Source: a candidate division FCPU426 bacterium
Lineage (GTDB): Bacteria > Oederibacteriota > Muellerivitia > Muellerivitales > Muellerivitaceae
Assembly: GCA_963847625.1 (NCBI GenBank)
Contig: CAWKAR010000027.1
Coordinates: 224,001-288,000, forward strand
Direction: 5' to 3'
DNA length: 64,000 bases
Part shown: positions 30,344 through 39,644 of the stretch, piece by piece
Layout of the letters: each line of letters begins with the position of its first letter
How positions within the stretch are numbered: position 1 is the stretch's first letter
Position numbers and translations under genes: made by a program
The notes under the pieces: model-generated
Database searches by the model: none
Told to the model about the DNA's origin: nothing
The model's input: only the letters and a program-made list of their open reading frames with translations

Positions 30344-30892
30344 ATGACAAGTAAAATATCCCAAAACCAAAACAAGCTTAAAAAATATTTATTCGAAACG
30401 ACCGCCAATTTTCCAACTATTTGGCTTTCAAAAGGCAAGGAATTAAAAAAAGGCGCCGATGTACTATTGGCATCGGATGCCAATCATTTATATTTGTTTT
30501 TAATCGCTTTTTCTTTTGAAAATCTTTTAAAAGGGATTTTGATATGTGGTGGATTAAATAGAAAAATCAAATTATTAACTCTTAGGAAATGGGAGGGTTT
30601 AGGCCACGACTTATTACATCTTTCAAAGAAAAGTAATATTTCTATAAGTAATCATGAAGAGAAAATCTTAAAGCGGTTAACGAATTATTCAATGTGGGGA
30701 GGGCGTTATCCTATACCAGTTGATCCCGAATATTACCCAGAAATAATAGAGTTCCCCAAAGGATCACCTATGCCAAATATTTACTTCGAAAGCAGCGATC
30801 CCCAAACTATTAATAAGTTATATGAACGTTTTGAAAAAAATCTTCAATTGAAAATAAGATATTTAGGAAAAAATACTAATAAATACTCCTAA
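30344..30892 (+). CDS. HEPN-like domain protein (low GC)
   Basis: FENLLKG, GHDLLHL and GRYP match the HEPN helical pattern. Confidence 0.6.
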   Translation: MTSKISQNQNKLKKYLFETTANFPTIWLSKGKELKKGADVLLASDANHLYLFLIAFSFENLLKGILICGGLNRKIKLLTLRKWEGLGHDLLHLSKKSNISISNHEEKILKRLTNYSMWGGRYPIPVDPEYYPEIIEFPKGSPMPNIYFESSDPQTINKLYERFEKNLQLKIRYLGKNTNKYS

Positions 30893-31052
30893 ATGCGTGT
30901 AACGCTTAAATGATGAGAATGGATTGTCCGCGACAGGGAAGCATTTATAACGATTCGCAAAATCGTCCGTGATGGGGTCATTTCTGACTATTTGCGAACC
31001 ACTTCAAAACGAACAGTTCGCAAATCGCAAGGAATCGGGAGGTTACGAGACT

Positions 31053-31823
31053 ATGAAAAAAATCATGATTTTTATTTCACTTTATACTTTTAGTTTTTTT
31101 CCCTGGGGTGAACAATCATTTGCGCATGTAGATTCCCAGCTTTCACGCCAAAAAACAATCAACATCAAAGATTACTTTATTGCGAATCAATATCCCCTTA
31201 ATCCAGCGATAGAAGGGATAGAGGGCAAAATCGAGCTTTTGCAAGATAAAGCCTTCAAAAACTGGAAAAACCCAGGCAGTCGTAAGGAGGGTAATTTCCA
31301 AATGGGTGAGAACTACGCGAAAAATTTTGAGCCTGCGCTTTTACGGTTGCGGAATAAAGAAGGTCGAATCGTGGAAACGATAAATTTAAAGAGCGTTTGG
31401 TATGATCCCATTTGGATCAACCTTGGGAAAGAGGACCTTTACGGAACTGGACGTACCTCCTATTTTGTCCAACAAGATAATGAAATTGGATCTGGCATAG
31501 CTCAAGGCACCTATTGCCGTTATTTTGACGTGGTAAAAGGACATATTGTCTGGTTGAAGTCAAAAGACAGAAAAACTGGCAGGATTCATTCTATCGATCT
31601 TAATTTAAATATGCTCTGTGTTTGGAAATCTGTTCCTTCGCCCAATGGTAAAGGAAAGGTTATTCTTCAGAGGTTCGCGGAATATTCCCGGAAAAATCGC
31701 CATGGTATTACCCACTATGAGCGCTATGAGTTTAATGGGCATGAATGGATTAAATACGAGAAAATCGTGCATGAGGCTGTTGATTCCGAAACCGAACTTT
31801 CCGGTATCGAGGCTTTTCATTAA
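31053..31823 (+). CDS. Hypothetical secreted protein (low GC)
   Basis: GGAGG ribosome-binding site; signal peptide MKKIMIF...SFA. Confidence 0.7.
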   Translation: MKKIMIFISLYTFSFFPWGEQSFAHVDSQLSRQKTINIKDYFIANQYPLNPAIEGIEGKIELLQDKAFKNWKNPGSRKEGNFQMGENYAKNFEPALLRLRNKEGRIVETINLKSVWYDPIWINLGKEDLYGTGRTSYFVQQDNEIGSGIAQGTYCRYFDVVKGHIVWLKSKDRKTGRIHSIDLNLNMLCVWKSVPSPNGKGKVILQRFAEYSRKNRHGITHYERYEFNGHEWIKYEKIVHEAVDSETELSGIEAFH

Positions 31824-31911
31824 TTTATTTTAAGAATTATCACAAATTTAGTGGTTCGCAAATCACTGAATCCGGGGAGCCGGTTTAATGCCCGTTAGAG
31901 AGGTTAGCTTC

Positions 31912-33225
31912 ATGAATAAGTTTTTAATATCGCGGCTGGGAATTCAGGGTTGGATATGGATGATTTTGGCGGTTGCCTTCTTTTTCCCCATCCAAGGTTG
32001 CTTCAAGCCAGCGGGGAAGGTGATCCGGGTCACCACCTGGCTGGGGGAGCCGCATTTCCATCTGCTGGCGGATACGGTCAAGGACTTCGAGAAGCAACAC
32101 CCCGGTTACCAGGTGCGCCTGGAATACGTGCCTTACACCAGCTATGAGGAAAAAATCACCTCGGAAATGGCGGCCGGGACCACCCCGGACATCCTCATGC
32201 TGGCGGTGAATAATTACGTGGACCTCCAACTGCGCGGGGTGCTGACGGACCTGACGGATTTCGCCCAGAAGGACGGAATGGACCTGAAGAACGATTATCC
32301 GGGGGTCGTCAAACGCTTCAGCCCCGGGGGCCGCCTTTACGTCCTGCCCCAGGACACCTCGCCCATGGGGTTGGTCTATTACAACCGAAAGGCCTTCCGG
32401 GAGGCGGGATTGCCCTATCCCAAGGCCGATTGGTCCTGGCCCGAGCCCTTTCTTTCCATCTGCCAGAAGTTGATGAAGAAGGACGCCTCCGGCAAAGTCA
32501 CGCGCTGGGCCTTTTGCGACTCCTGGATCACCAATTGCGATAATTTCCTGTTCAGCAGCGGCGGCAATTTCGTGGACGACACCGAGCATCCCACCCGGCT
32601 GGCGCTGGACACGCCCGAAGCCATCCGGGGCTTCCAGTTCTACTGGGACCTGATGCACAAATACCGGGTGGTCCCGGCCCCGGCCGCCATCCAGTCTTTC
32701 GGGATCGGCAATTCGGTGGCGGCCATGTTCATGAACGGCACGGTCGCCATGATGGATTCGGGCCTTTGGGAGACCCCCAATTTCCTCAAAACCAAGGGCC
32801 TCGATTTCGACGTCGTCTCTTTCCCGGCCGGCCCCACGGGCCTCCGGCGCTGGGCGACCGGCGGCGCGGGGTTCGCCATCGCCGCCACCTGCAAGGACAA
32901 GGCCCTGGCCTGGGAAGTGGTCAAGATTCTGTGCTCCGAAACGGCCGTGGCCCAGCTGGCGGAGACGGGGTGGGTCCTGCCGGCGGACAGGAAACTGGCA
33001 GCGTCCGACGCCTTCCTAAAGAGCCCGGGGGCTCCCAGCAAGGCCATCCTGCTGGATATGCCGGACCACAGCGTTTATGAGCCCTTCCTAAAGAACTGGT
33101 CGGAGATTTATTATGGGAACGTCAATGCCGCCATGGATAAGGCCTGGGAAGGGAAGCAAACGCCCTCGGAAATCCTGCCGGGACTGACGAAGGAGATCAA
33201 CAAGAAGTTCTTCAACCAGAAATAA
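31912..33225 (+). CDS. Sugar ABC transporter substrate-binding lipoprotein (orphan)
   Basis: Lipobox IQGC; FEKQHPG, TTPDIL, YYNRKAF.EAGLPYP (SBP family 1). Confidence 0.9.
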   Translation: MNKFLISRLGIQGWIWMILAVAFFFPIQGCFKPAGKVIRVTTWLGEPHFHLLADTVKDFEKQHPGYQVRLEYVPYTSYEEKITSEMAAGTTPDILMLAVNNYVDLQLRGVLTDLTDFAQKDGMDLKNDYPGVVKRFSPGGRLYVLPQDTSPMGLVYYNRKAFREAGLPYPKADWSWPEPFLSICQKLMKKDASGKVTRWAFCDSWITNCDNFLFSSGGNFVDDTEHPTRLALDTPEAIRGFQFYWDLMHKYRVVPAPAAIQSFGIGNSVAAMFMNGTVAMMDSGLWETPNFLKTKGLDFDVVSFPAGPTGLRRWATGGAGFAIAATCKDKALAWEVVKILCSETAVAQLAETGWVLPADRKLAASDAFLKSPGAPSKAILLDMPDHSVYEPFLKNWSEIYYGNVNAAMDKAWEGKQTPSEILPGLTKEINKKFFNQK

Positions 33226-33393
33226 AAATATAGCAAAAGATTTCTAAACTGGGGTTGCTTCCTCATAAACGATCGCTAAAGAGAATGGTTGGCCGGTTCG
33301 AGACCAATCCAGGGAGGCCATAATAACGATGGGAGATAAACTCAAGGGTGTGTTAATTGCAGTTATATCCGTGGTTACTTTTATTTTATTGTT

Positions 33394-34448
33394 CCCGAGT
33401 TCCATAAGTAAGTGCAACACTTAGTGTCTGAAGAAGGCCGCATGAATAGGATATGCGGCTATGAAAAAGAAATACAAGCATTTAAGCGTTGAAGAAAGAG
33501 ATCATTTATCCGTCTTGAAAGGAAAGGGTCTTAGCCTTCGAGCCATTTCCCGCGCCTTGAAGAGGTCTCCTTCCACCCTCTCCAGGGAACTCAAGCGCAA
33601 TGCTCCCCCTATCCGTTCTGGTTATTATCTTTCTCATCGAGCCCATCAACGGTATGTTGACCGCAACCAACAACGAGCACGCCGTTTACGCCTGAAAACA
33701 AAACGAATTCGTGCCTACGTCCGTCGTCAATTGAAACGAGGCTGGTCACCAGAACTCATTTCAGGTCGATTAGGTCACCTACGGCCTAAGCAAACCATTG
33801 GTCCTGAAGCTATCTATCAGTGGGTTTACGCTGAAGCCACTGAGCTGATTCCTTGCCTAGTTCGACACCACCGGCGACGATTCTCATTTGGCCACAGCCG
33901 TAAGCACGCCAAAAACCATATCCCAGGCCGTGTTTCCATCGATAAGCGCTCCGAGATCGCCAATCAACGCAAGCAATTCGGCCATTGGGAAACCGACACC
34001 ATGGTCTCTCGTCAGAGTAAAGTGGCTATGCGGGCTCTCGTCGAGCGTCAAAGCCGTTTTTCCAAGTTGGGAAAGCTCAAACGAAAGACCGCTCGCCAAA
34101 TGAGTCATAGCCTCAACCGCGCTTTATGCCGCTTCCCTCAAGACGCCCGCTTGAGTCTGACCTATGACAACGGAACCGAAAACACCAACCACTTGGAAAC
34201 CAACCACGTGCTTGGTACAAAATCCTTTTTCTGCGCCCCTTTCCACAGTTGGGAAAAAGGTACTGTGGAAAATACTATCGGTCTTGTCCGCCGCCATTTG
34301 CCTAAAAAGACTGATCTTGCTAAAGTGTCCTTCAAAGAATTCAGGGCCATAGAAAGATGGCTCAATAACAGACCCAGGAAATGTTTGGGCTTTAAAACTC
34401 CGGCGGAAGTCTTCCGGCGAAGTGTTGCACTTACTCCGTGAATTCGGC
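33394..34448 (+). mobile_element. IS30 family element, copy 1 (1055 bp)
   Basis: Imperfect 26-bp inverted repeats ending AGTAAGTGCAACAC; GTT duplicated on the flanks. Confidence 0.95.
33461..34441 (+). CDS. IS30 transposase
   Basis: STLSRELKRN, GWSPE, GHWETDT, TYDNGTE, NNRPRKCLGFKTP. Confidence 0.96.
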   Translation: MKKKYKHLSVEERDHLSVLKGKGLSLRAISRALKRSPSTLSRELKRNAPPIRSGYYLSHRAHQRYVDRNQQRARRLRLKTKRIRAYVRRQLKRGWSPELISGRLGHLRPKQTIGPEAIYQWVYAEATELIPCLVRHHRRRFSFGHSRKHAKNHIPGRVSIDKRSEIANQRKQFGHWETDTMVSRQSKVAMRALVERQSRFSKLGKLKRKTARQMSHSLNRALCRFPQDARLSLTYDNGTENTNHLETNHVLGTKSFFCAPFHSWEKGTVENTIGLVRRHLPKKTDLAKVSFKEFRAIERWLNNRPRKCLGFKTPAEVFRRSVALTP

Positions 34449-34719
34449 GTTTCTATTTTTGAGAAGATATGAAGGGAAGCTTTTGTTCATTATGTTTGGA
34501 TACACGTTAGTATTTTATGGATTTTGGTTTCTGATATTTAAGTATTTACTGCGGATTCGAACAGTAGATGAATATTTAAAACTAGCCATTATGTGTTTAT
34601 TCATCATTGGGACGAGTGCAGGGAGTTATGTTTTGATTGCTATGGGAGTAGAAAAATTTGTGGCTACAGAGTTATTTGGGATAATCCATCCGTTAATAAA
34701 ACAGCCAACCACATATTAC

Positions 34720-36422
34720 CCCGGATTTCCCAGATGAAATTACCTTTCGAGTATAATAAGGCGTCGTTTGGCCATACAAACAAAGGTTTTTCTTCACTTT
34801 GGGGACCACGAGAGGGGGGAATGCAATGGGTGAAAGGGGAAAAGACGCTCTTCGGGTGGTTTTTGATCCTGGTCTCAAGCTGGAGTTCCATGGCGCGAAG
34901 GTCACTTCCGATGGCGGGTTGATTCCCTATCGTGAACTCGATGAAGCCTTTGGTTTGACTGACAGAACGGAAAACCTTCTGAGGGATCGGCGAACCGGCA
35001 AGAATACGCAACATACGATGACGGCGCTTTTGCGGCAATCAATCTACAGCCGCCTAGCCGGTTACGAGGACACCAACGACGCAGAACGATTGAGTGTTGA
35101 TCCGGCGATGCGGCATGTGATCGGAGGACGGGCCAAGGAAAAACAAGCTGCCTCCACCAGCCAGATGGGACGTTTCGAGACGGAAGTTCTCACCCAGTCG
35201 AAGAACCAGACCGGTCTGATTGACCTATCTGGCCAATGGATTGATGGTGTCCATGAAAAAAAGCCCATCCAGCAGATTATTCTCGACATGGACAGCTCCG
35301 TGAGTGAAACCTACGGGGACCAAGAAGGTTCCTTGTACAACGGTTACTTCGGCTGTACCTGTTACCATCCCCTGTTTTGTTTCAACCAGTTTGGCGATTT
35401 GGAACGGGCAATGTTGCGCAACGGCAATGTGGCCAGCGCCCACGAGTGGCGGTCGGTTCTTGAACCAGTGGTTGTCCGTTATCGGGGTCTTTCCATCAGC
35501 CGTTTTTTCCGGGGTGACGCGGCCTTCGCCCGTCAGGAACTATACGAGTACCTAGAAGACGAAGGATACCTTTATGCGATCCGCCAACCCGCCAATGGCG
35601 TGCTACAAAGAGAAATTGAGCCATTTTTGACCCGTCCCGTGGGCCGCCCTTCCCACAAGCCGGTTGTCCGGTATCACAGCTTCCAATACCAAGCCGTCAG
35701 CTGGGACAAACCCCGCCGCGTGGTGGCGAAGATTGAGCATCACAACGGCGAACTTTTCCCGAGGGTGGGTTTCATCGTGACGAACATGCGACGACCGGCA
35801 CCCCAGGTGGTGAAGTTCTACAACGGAAGAGGTACGGCTGAGCAATGGATCAAGGAGGGAAAGTACGCGATGAAGTGGACAAGACTAAGCTGCCACGACT
35901 TCGCGGACAACCAAGTAAGGTTGCAACTATTTGCACTGGCTTACAACTTGGGCAACTTCCTTCGCCGTCTAGCCCTGCCAGAACTGGTGAAGCATTGGTC
36001 GCTGACGACGTTGCGAGAAAAACTTATCAAAATCGGAGCTAACGTTATCCGCCATTCGCGGTACGTGGTTTTCCAGATGGCGGAGGTGATGGTTACCCAA
36101 CGCCTGTTTGCTGAAATCCTTGGACGGATAAGGCTACTGGCGATGGTAAGGCCGCGAGCGCCAGTACTGCGATAACCGCAGGAACACTTCATGGCTTCAA
36201 CCGGATCAACCATCGTGGGATAGGTGTGCGTTCACAACGAGAATTGGCTTTCTGGAAGGTCATTTTCAACTTTTTTGGGGCACAGAAACCCTTTTTTGGG
36301 CTCATTTCGCTGGCCTTGGGCCAGAAAATTCCGGATACGGGTGGAAGAAGCGGGGGGGGGAATATAATGAGAAACAAATTACCCGGCAATGTTTTCAGAG
36401 AAGGTCATCTGGGAAATTCCGG
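34720..36422 (+). mobile_element. IS1380 family element (1703 bp)
   Basis: 18-bp inverted repeats CCCGGATTTCCCAGATGA / TCATCTGGGAAATTCCGG; 5-bp ATTAC duplication. Confidence 0.93.
34826..36175 (+). CDS. IS1380 transposase
   Basis: VTSDGGL, AGYEDTNDA, LDMDSS, RGDAAF, YNGRGTAEQWIKEGK. Confidence 0.95.
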   Translation: MGERGKDALRVVFDPGLKLEFHGAKVTSDGGLIPYRELDEAFGLTDRTENLLRDRRTGKNTQHTMTALLRQSIYSRLAGYEDTNDAERLSVDPAMRHVIGGRAKEKQAASTSQMGRFETEVLTQSKNQTGLIDLSGQWIDGVHEKKPIQQIILDMDSSVSETYGDQEGSLYNGYFGCTCYHPLFCFNQFGDLERAMLRNGNVASAHEWRSVLEPVVVRYRGLSISRFFRGDAAFARQELYEYLEDEGYLYAIRQPANGVLQREIEPFLTRPVGRPSHKPVVRYHSFQYQAVSWDKPRRVVAKIEHHNGELFPRVGFIVTNMRRPAPQVVKFYNGRGTAEQWIKEGKYAMKWTRLSCHDFADNQVRLQLFALAYNLGNFLRRLALPELVKHWSLTTLREKLIKIGANVIRHSRYVVFQMAEVMVTQRLFAEILGRIRLLAMVRPRAPVLR

Positions 36423-36848
36423 ATTACATATTTTGGGTCATTGCGATGATTTGGTGGCTACTGGCCATTGTGATTGCTGTATTTAGGATTGCCAAGGATA
36501 GAAATCGCAGAAGAAAACCAACATCGATTATTATGCGTATTATTGGAGGTTTGGTCAGTCTATTGTTTCTAACAGGAGCGACAATGATGTTGGGGACGGA
36601 AAAAGAGCTATTTAATCCAGATTTGGTGAAACCACTATTACCCTTTTTATTTGCGGGTTTGCTATTCGGGGGTTATGCGTTTTTTGGTATTGATTTAATA
36701 GATTCAGACAAAAAACGCTAACTTGTTGGTAAGAATTCTGCAATAAGTCCAATATTCGCGGCCTTAGGCTTGAATTACCGCGAATTTGACGGTTCGAAAA
36801 TGGTTCGACGGGCTCACCAGAATCTCGTCATGCTGGGGACGGTTGAAA

Positions 36849-37007
36849 ATGTTTAAACAATTGAATTTATTAATGAAAATCTCAATATCTTTAGTTTTGT
36901 CGTTTTTATCTGTTCTAATCGTTTTCTTAATTTGGAAAATCACAATTGGTAAGGCGATTTCATCCATGTTGGTTTTAGCCGCTCTATTTTTCTTTGTGCT
37001 TTTATAA
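36849..37007 (+). CDS. Small membrane protein, possibly a remnant
   Basis: Two hydrophobic stretches, very AT-rich, next to IS30 copy 2. Confidence 0.4.
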   Translation: MFKQLNLLMKISISLVLSFLSVLIVFLIWKITIGKAISSMLVLAALFFFVLL

Positions 37008-37047
37008 GTTATTAATTTTTTATCTGTTTATAACGAATTTAATAGTT

Positions 37048-38102
37048 GCCGAATTCACGGAGTAAGTGCAACACTTCGCCGGAAGACTTCCGCCGGAGTT
37101 TTAAAGCCCAAACATTTCCTGGGCCTGTTATTGAGCCATCTTTCTATGGTCCTGAATTCTTTGAAGGACACTTTAGCAAGATCAGTCTTTTTAGGCAAAT
37201 GGCGGCGGACAAGACCGATAGTATTTTCCACCGTACCTTTTTCCCAACTGTGGAAAGGGGCGCAGAAAAAGGATTTTGTACCAAGCACGTGGTTGGTTTC
37301 CAAGTGGTTGGTGTTTTCGGTTCCGTTGTCATAGGTCAGACTCAGGCGGGCGTCTTGAGGGAAGCGGCATAAAGCGCGGTTGAGGCTATGACTCATTTGG
37401 CGAGCGGTCTTTCGTTTGAGCTTTCCCAACTTGGAAAAACGGCTTTGACGCTCGACGAGAGCCCGCATAGCAACTTTACTCTGACGAGAGACCATGGTGT
37501 CGGTTTCCCAATGGCCGAATTGCTTGCGTTGATTGGCGATCTCGGAGCGCTTATCGATGGAAACACGGCCTGGGATATGGTTTTTGGCGTGCTTACGGCT
37601 ATGGCCAAATGAGAATCGTCGCCGGTGGTGTCGAACTAGGCAAGGAATCAGCTCAGTGGCTTCAGCATAAACCTACTGATAGATAGCTTCAGGACCAATG
37701 GTTTGCTTAGGCCGTAGGTGACCTAATCGACCTGAAATGAGTTCTGGAGACCAGCCTCGTTTCAATTGACGACGGACGTAGGCACGAATTCGTTTTGTTT
37801 TCAGGCGTAAACGGCGTGCTCGTTGTTGGTTGCGGTCAACATACCGTTGATGGGCTCGATGAGAAAGATAATAACCAGAACGGATAGGGGGAGCATTGCG
37901 CTTGAGTTCCCTGGAGAGGGTGGAAGGAGACCTCTTCAAGGCGCGTGAAATTGCTCGAAGGCTAAGACCCTTTCCTTTCAAGACGGATAAATGATCTCTT
38001 TCTTCAACGCTTAAATGCTTGTATTTCTTTTTCATAGCCGCATATCCTATTCATGCGGCCTTCTTCAGACACTAAGTGTTGCACTTACTTATGGAACTCG
38101 GG
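37048..38102 (-). mobile_element. IS30 family element, copy 2; transposase has a nonsense mutation
   Basis: Near-identical inverted copy of 33394-34448; TGG>TAG at 37673-37675 splits the ORF. Confidence 0.95.
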
Positions 38103-38622
38103 TTATTCAATTTTTGTGAATTGTTGGCATATGGGAAGTCATGAATCCGCATTATTATGGAAATGTTACTGCCCTTCGGGTGAAGGCGTGGCGATCAAAT
38201 CAAGTTACGGAAATTTAGCAGAAAGTTTGAACGTAGAAAAAAATCAAATATTCCATATTGGGATAGTTAAATATATTGATTACAAAAATGAAATGATACC
38301 TGAAGGAAATTTATTTTTTAATTTTTTACATAAGAGACTTTATTTCAAAAGCGAAAGGGAATTGAGAGTAATTGCTTGGATAGTTGAACGGAAAGACGGA
38401 ATGCCGTTGTTTGAACCAACAAGCCCAAACTTCGATATTGATGATACAAAATATTTCGGTTTTTATTTCCCCGTTGATTTAAACAAATTAGTAGAAGCAA
38501 TTTATTTACCACCTTCTGCCCCTGATTGGTTACTGGATTTAACAAGAATTCAACTCAAAAATGCAAATCTAGGTGAAAAGCCAATAATAAAATCTGGATT
38601 GGATGATAAGCCAATAAATTAA
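38103..38622 (+). pseudogene. DUF2971-like protein, 5'-truncated by IS30
   Basis: FVNCWH...ESALLWKCY, GVAIKS, HKRLYFKSERELR; the ORF-track start lies inside the IS. Confidence 0.65.
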
Positions 38623-38816
38623 AGCTCAAAATATTTTTAATAAATAGATTTTCACCAAGAAGAACAAAAATATTAGAAAGGTATCCATGCGGGCCAGAGT
38701 TCTAACTGTCCACCACGGGGAGCCGTTTAAAAAGTGGGAAAAGGGGAATTTTGGGGGAACTTTCGGGGAATAAACTGGGAAATGGGGGATTAAGCAGGAA
38801 TCCCTTGTAAAAGAAA

Positions 38817-39243
38817 AGTTCTAAATGCGTCCATGAAGGCCAGCCAATTAAGCCCCACTTTCTCATTGAGAAAGTGGGGCTTAATTATTTGAAGTGAAAG
38901 GATTCGAACCGGGAGGGGTTTGGGGAACAATTGGTCCCCGCGTTGTTCGAAGGGGTACACAGGGGGTTTTACCCCTGTGAGTGAAGCGGTTCGTATCCAC
39001 CGCCCCGGCCATTTCTTCATATTCGGATTAAAATGAGTAAATGACTTGCACAGCTTTCCAACTGAAGTTCTATATGTATCCGTGCAGGGCGGCCAATTAA
39101 GTCCATCCTCAATAATGGAGGATGGACTTAATTATTTGGAGTGGAAGGATTCGAACCTGGGGTACATAGGTTGTGTCCCTATGGCTGTTAGAAGTACACA
39201 CAGGGAAAATACTTCTGTGCGCAAAACGGTTCGACAATCACAA
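38817..39243 (+). repeat. Two tandem structured units (att-like site, long hairpin, GGATTCGAACC...CGGTTCG element)
   Basis: Units at 38817-39011 and 39066-39243 are colinear; a partial third copy lies near 42195-42302. Confidence 0.8.
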
Positions 39244-39455
39244 TTCGCATGAAGGAGAGGCCGTGGGTAGGCAGGGTTGTCATCATTCTCCCTTCCATGT
39301 CCGCTCCATCGCTTCGGACCCCGCCAAGTAAAATAAAAATTGTTTGAATAGTTAAAACATACGAATGACGCGCTCTGACTCCTCCGATATACTAACGAAA
39401 TACAAACAGAATCGTGTTCTTCAGTGAACGGTAAGAAATAAATGACATTGGAATC

Positions 39456-39644
39456 ATGCGACTTGACCGGCCCCGTCCATCGCGCCCAATGGGTCCGAGA
39501 GATGGGCCGAAAATGGGGCGCCTGGGGTTGGTGGTGAAGCTGGCGTCTATTCCCGTTCTCCAAAACGTGGTTCTCAAGCGCTTCGGCCAGTTGCAGTATT
39601 ACTCCAAGCACATGGGTGAACTCCCAGGCGGGAACAGACAATGA
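39456..39644 (+). CDS. 62-aa ORF coupled to the radical SAM gene (small peptide or gene remnant)
   Basis: ATGA overlap with 39641; in-frame stop upstream at 39432. Confidence 0.4.
   Translation: MRLDRPRPSRPMGPRDGPKMGRLGLVVKLASIPVLQNVVLKRFGQLQYYSKHMGELPGGNRQ

Larger units (their letters stand above)
33329..36721 (+). pseudogene. 208-aa membrane protein gene split by IS30 and IS1380
   Basis: Joining 33329-33393, 34452-34719 and 36428-36721 gives one open 627-bp frame. Confidence 0.85.

Noticed and set aside
33245..33320. Intact tRNA genes here or at 38988 and 55844
   Set aside because: Only T-loop and acceptor 3' strands are present; no D arm, anticodon arm or matching 5' strand.
33394..38102. 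Composite transposon formed by the two IS30 copies
   Set aside because: Copy 1 has its own target duplication and splits a gene that continues inside the interval, so it inserted on its own.
30285..39095. Classical integron
   Set aside because: There is no intI gene, and the spacers lack the RYYYAAC...GTTRRRY attC hairpin organisation.
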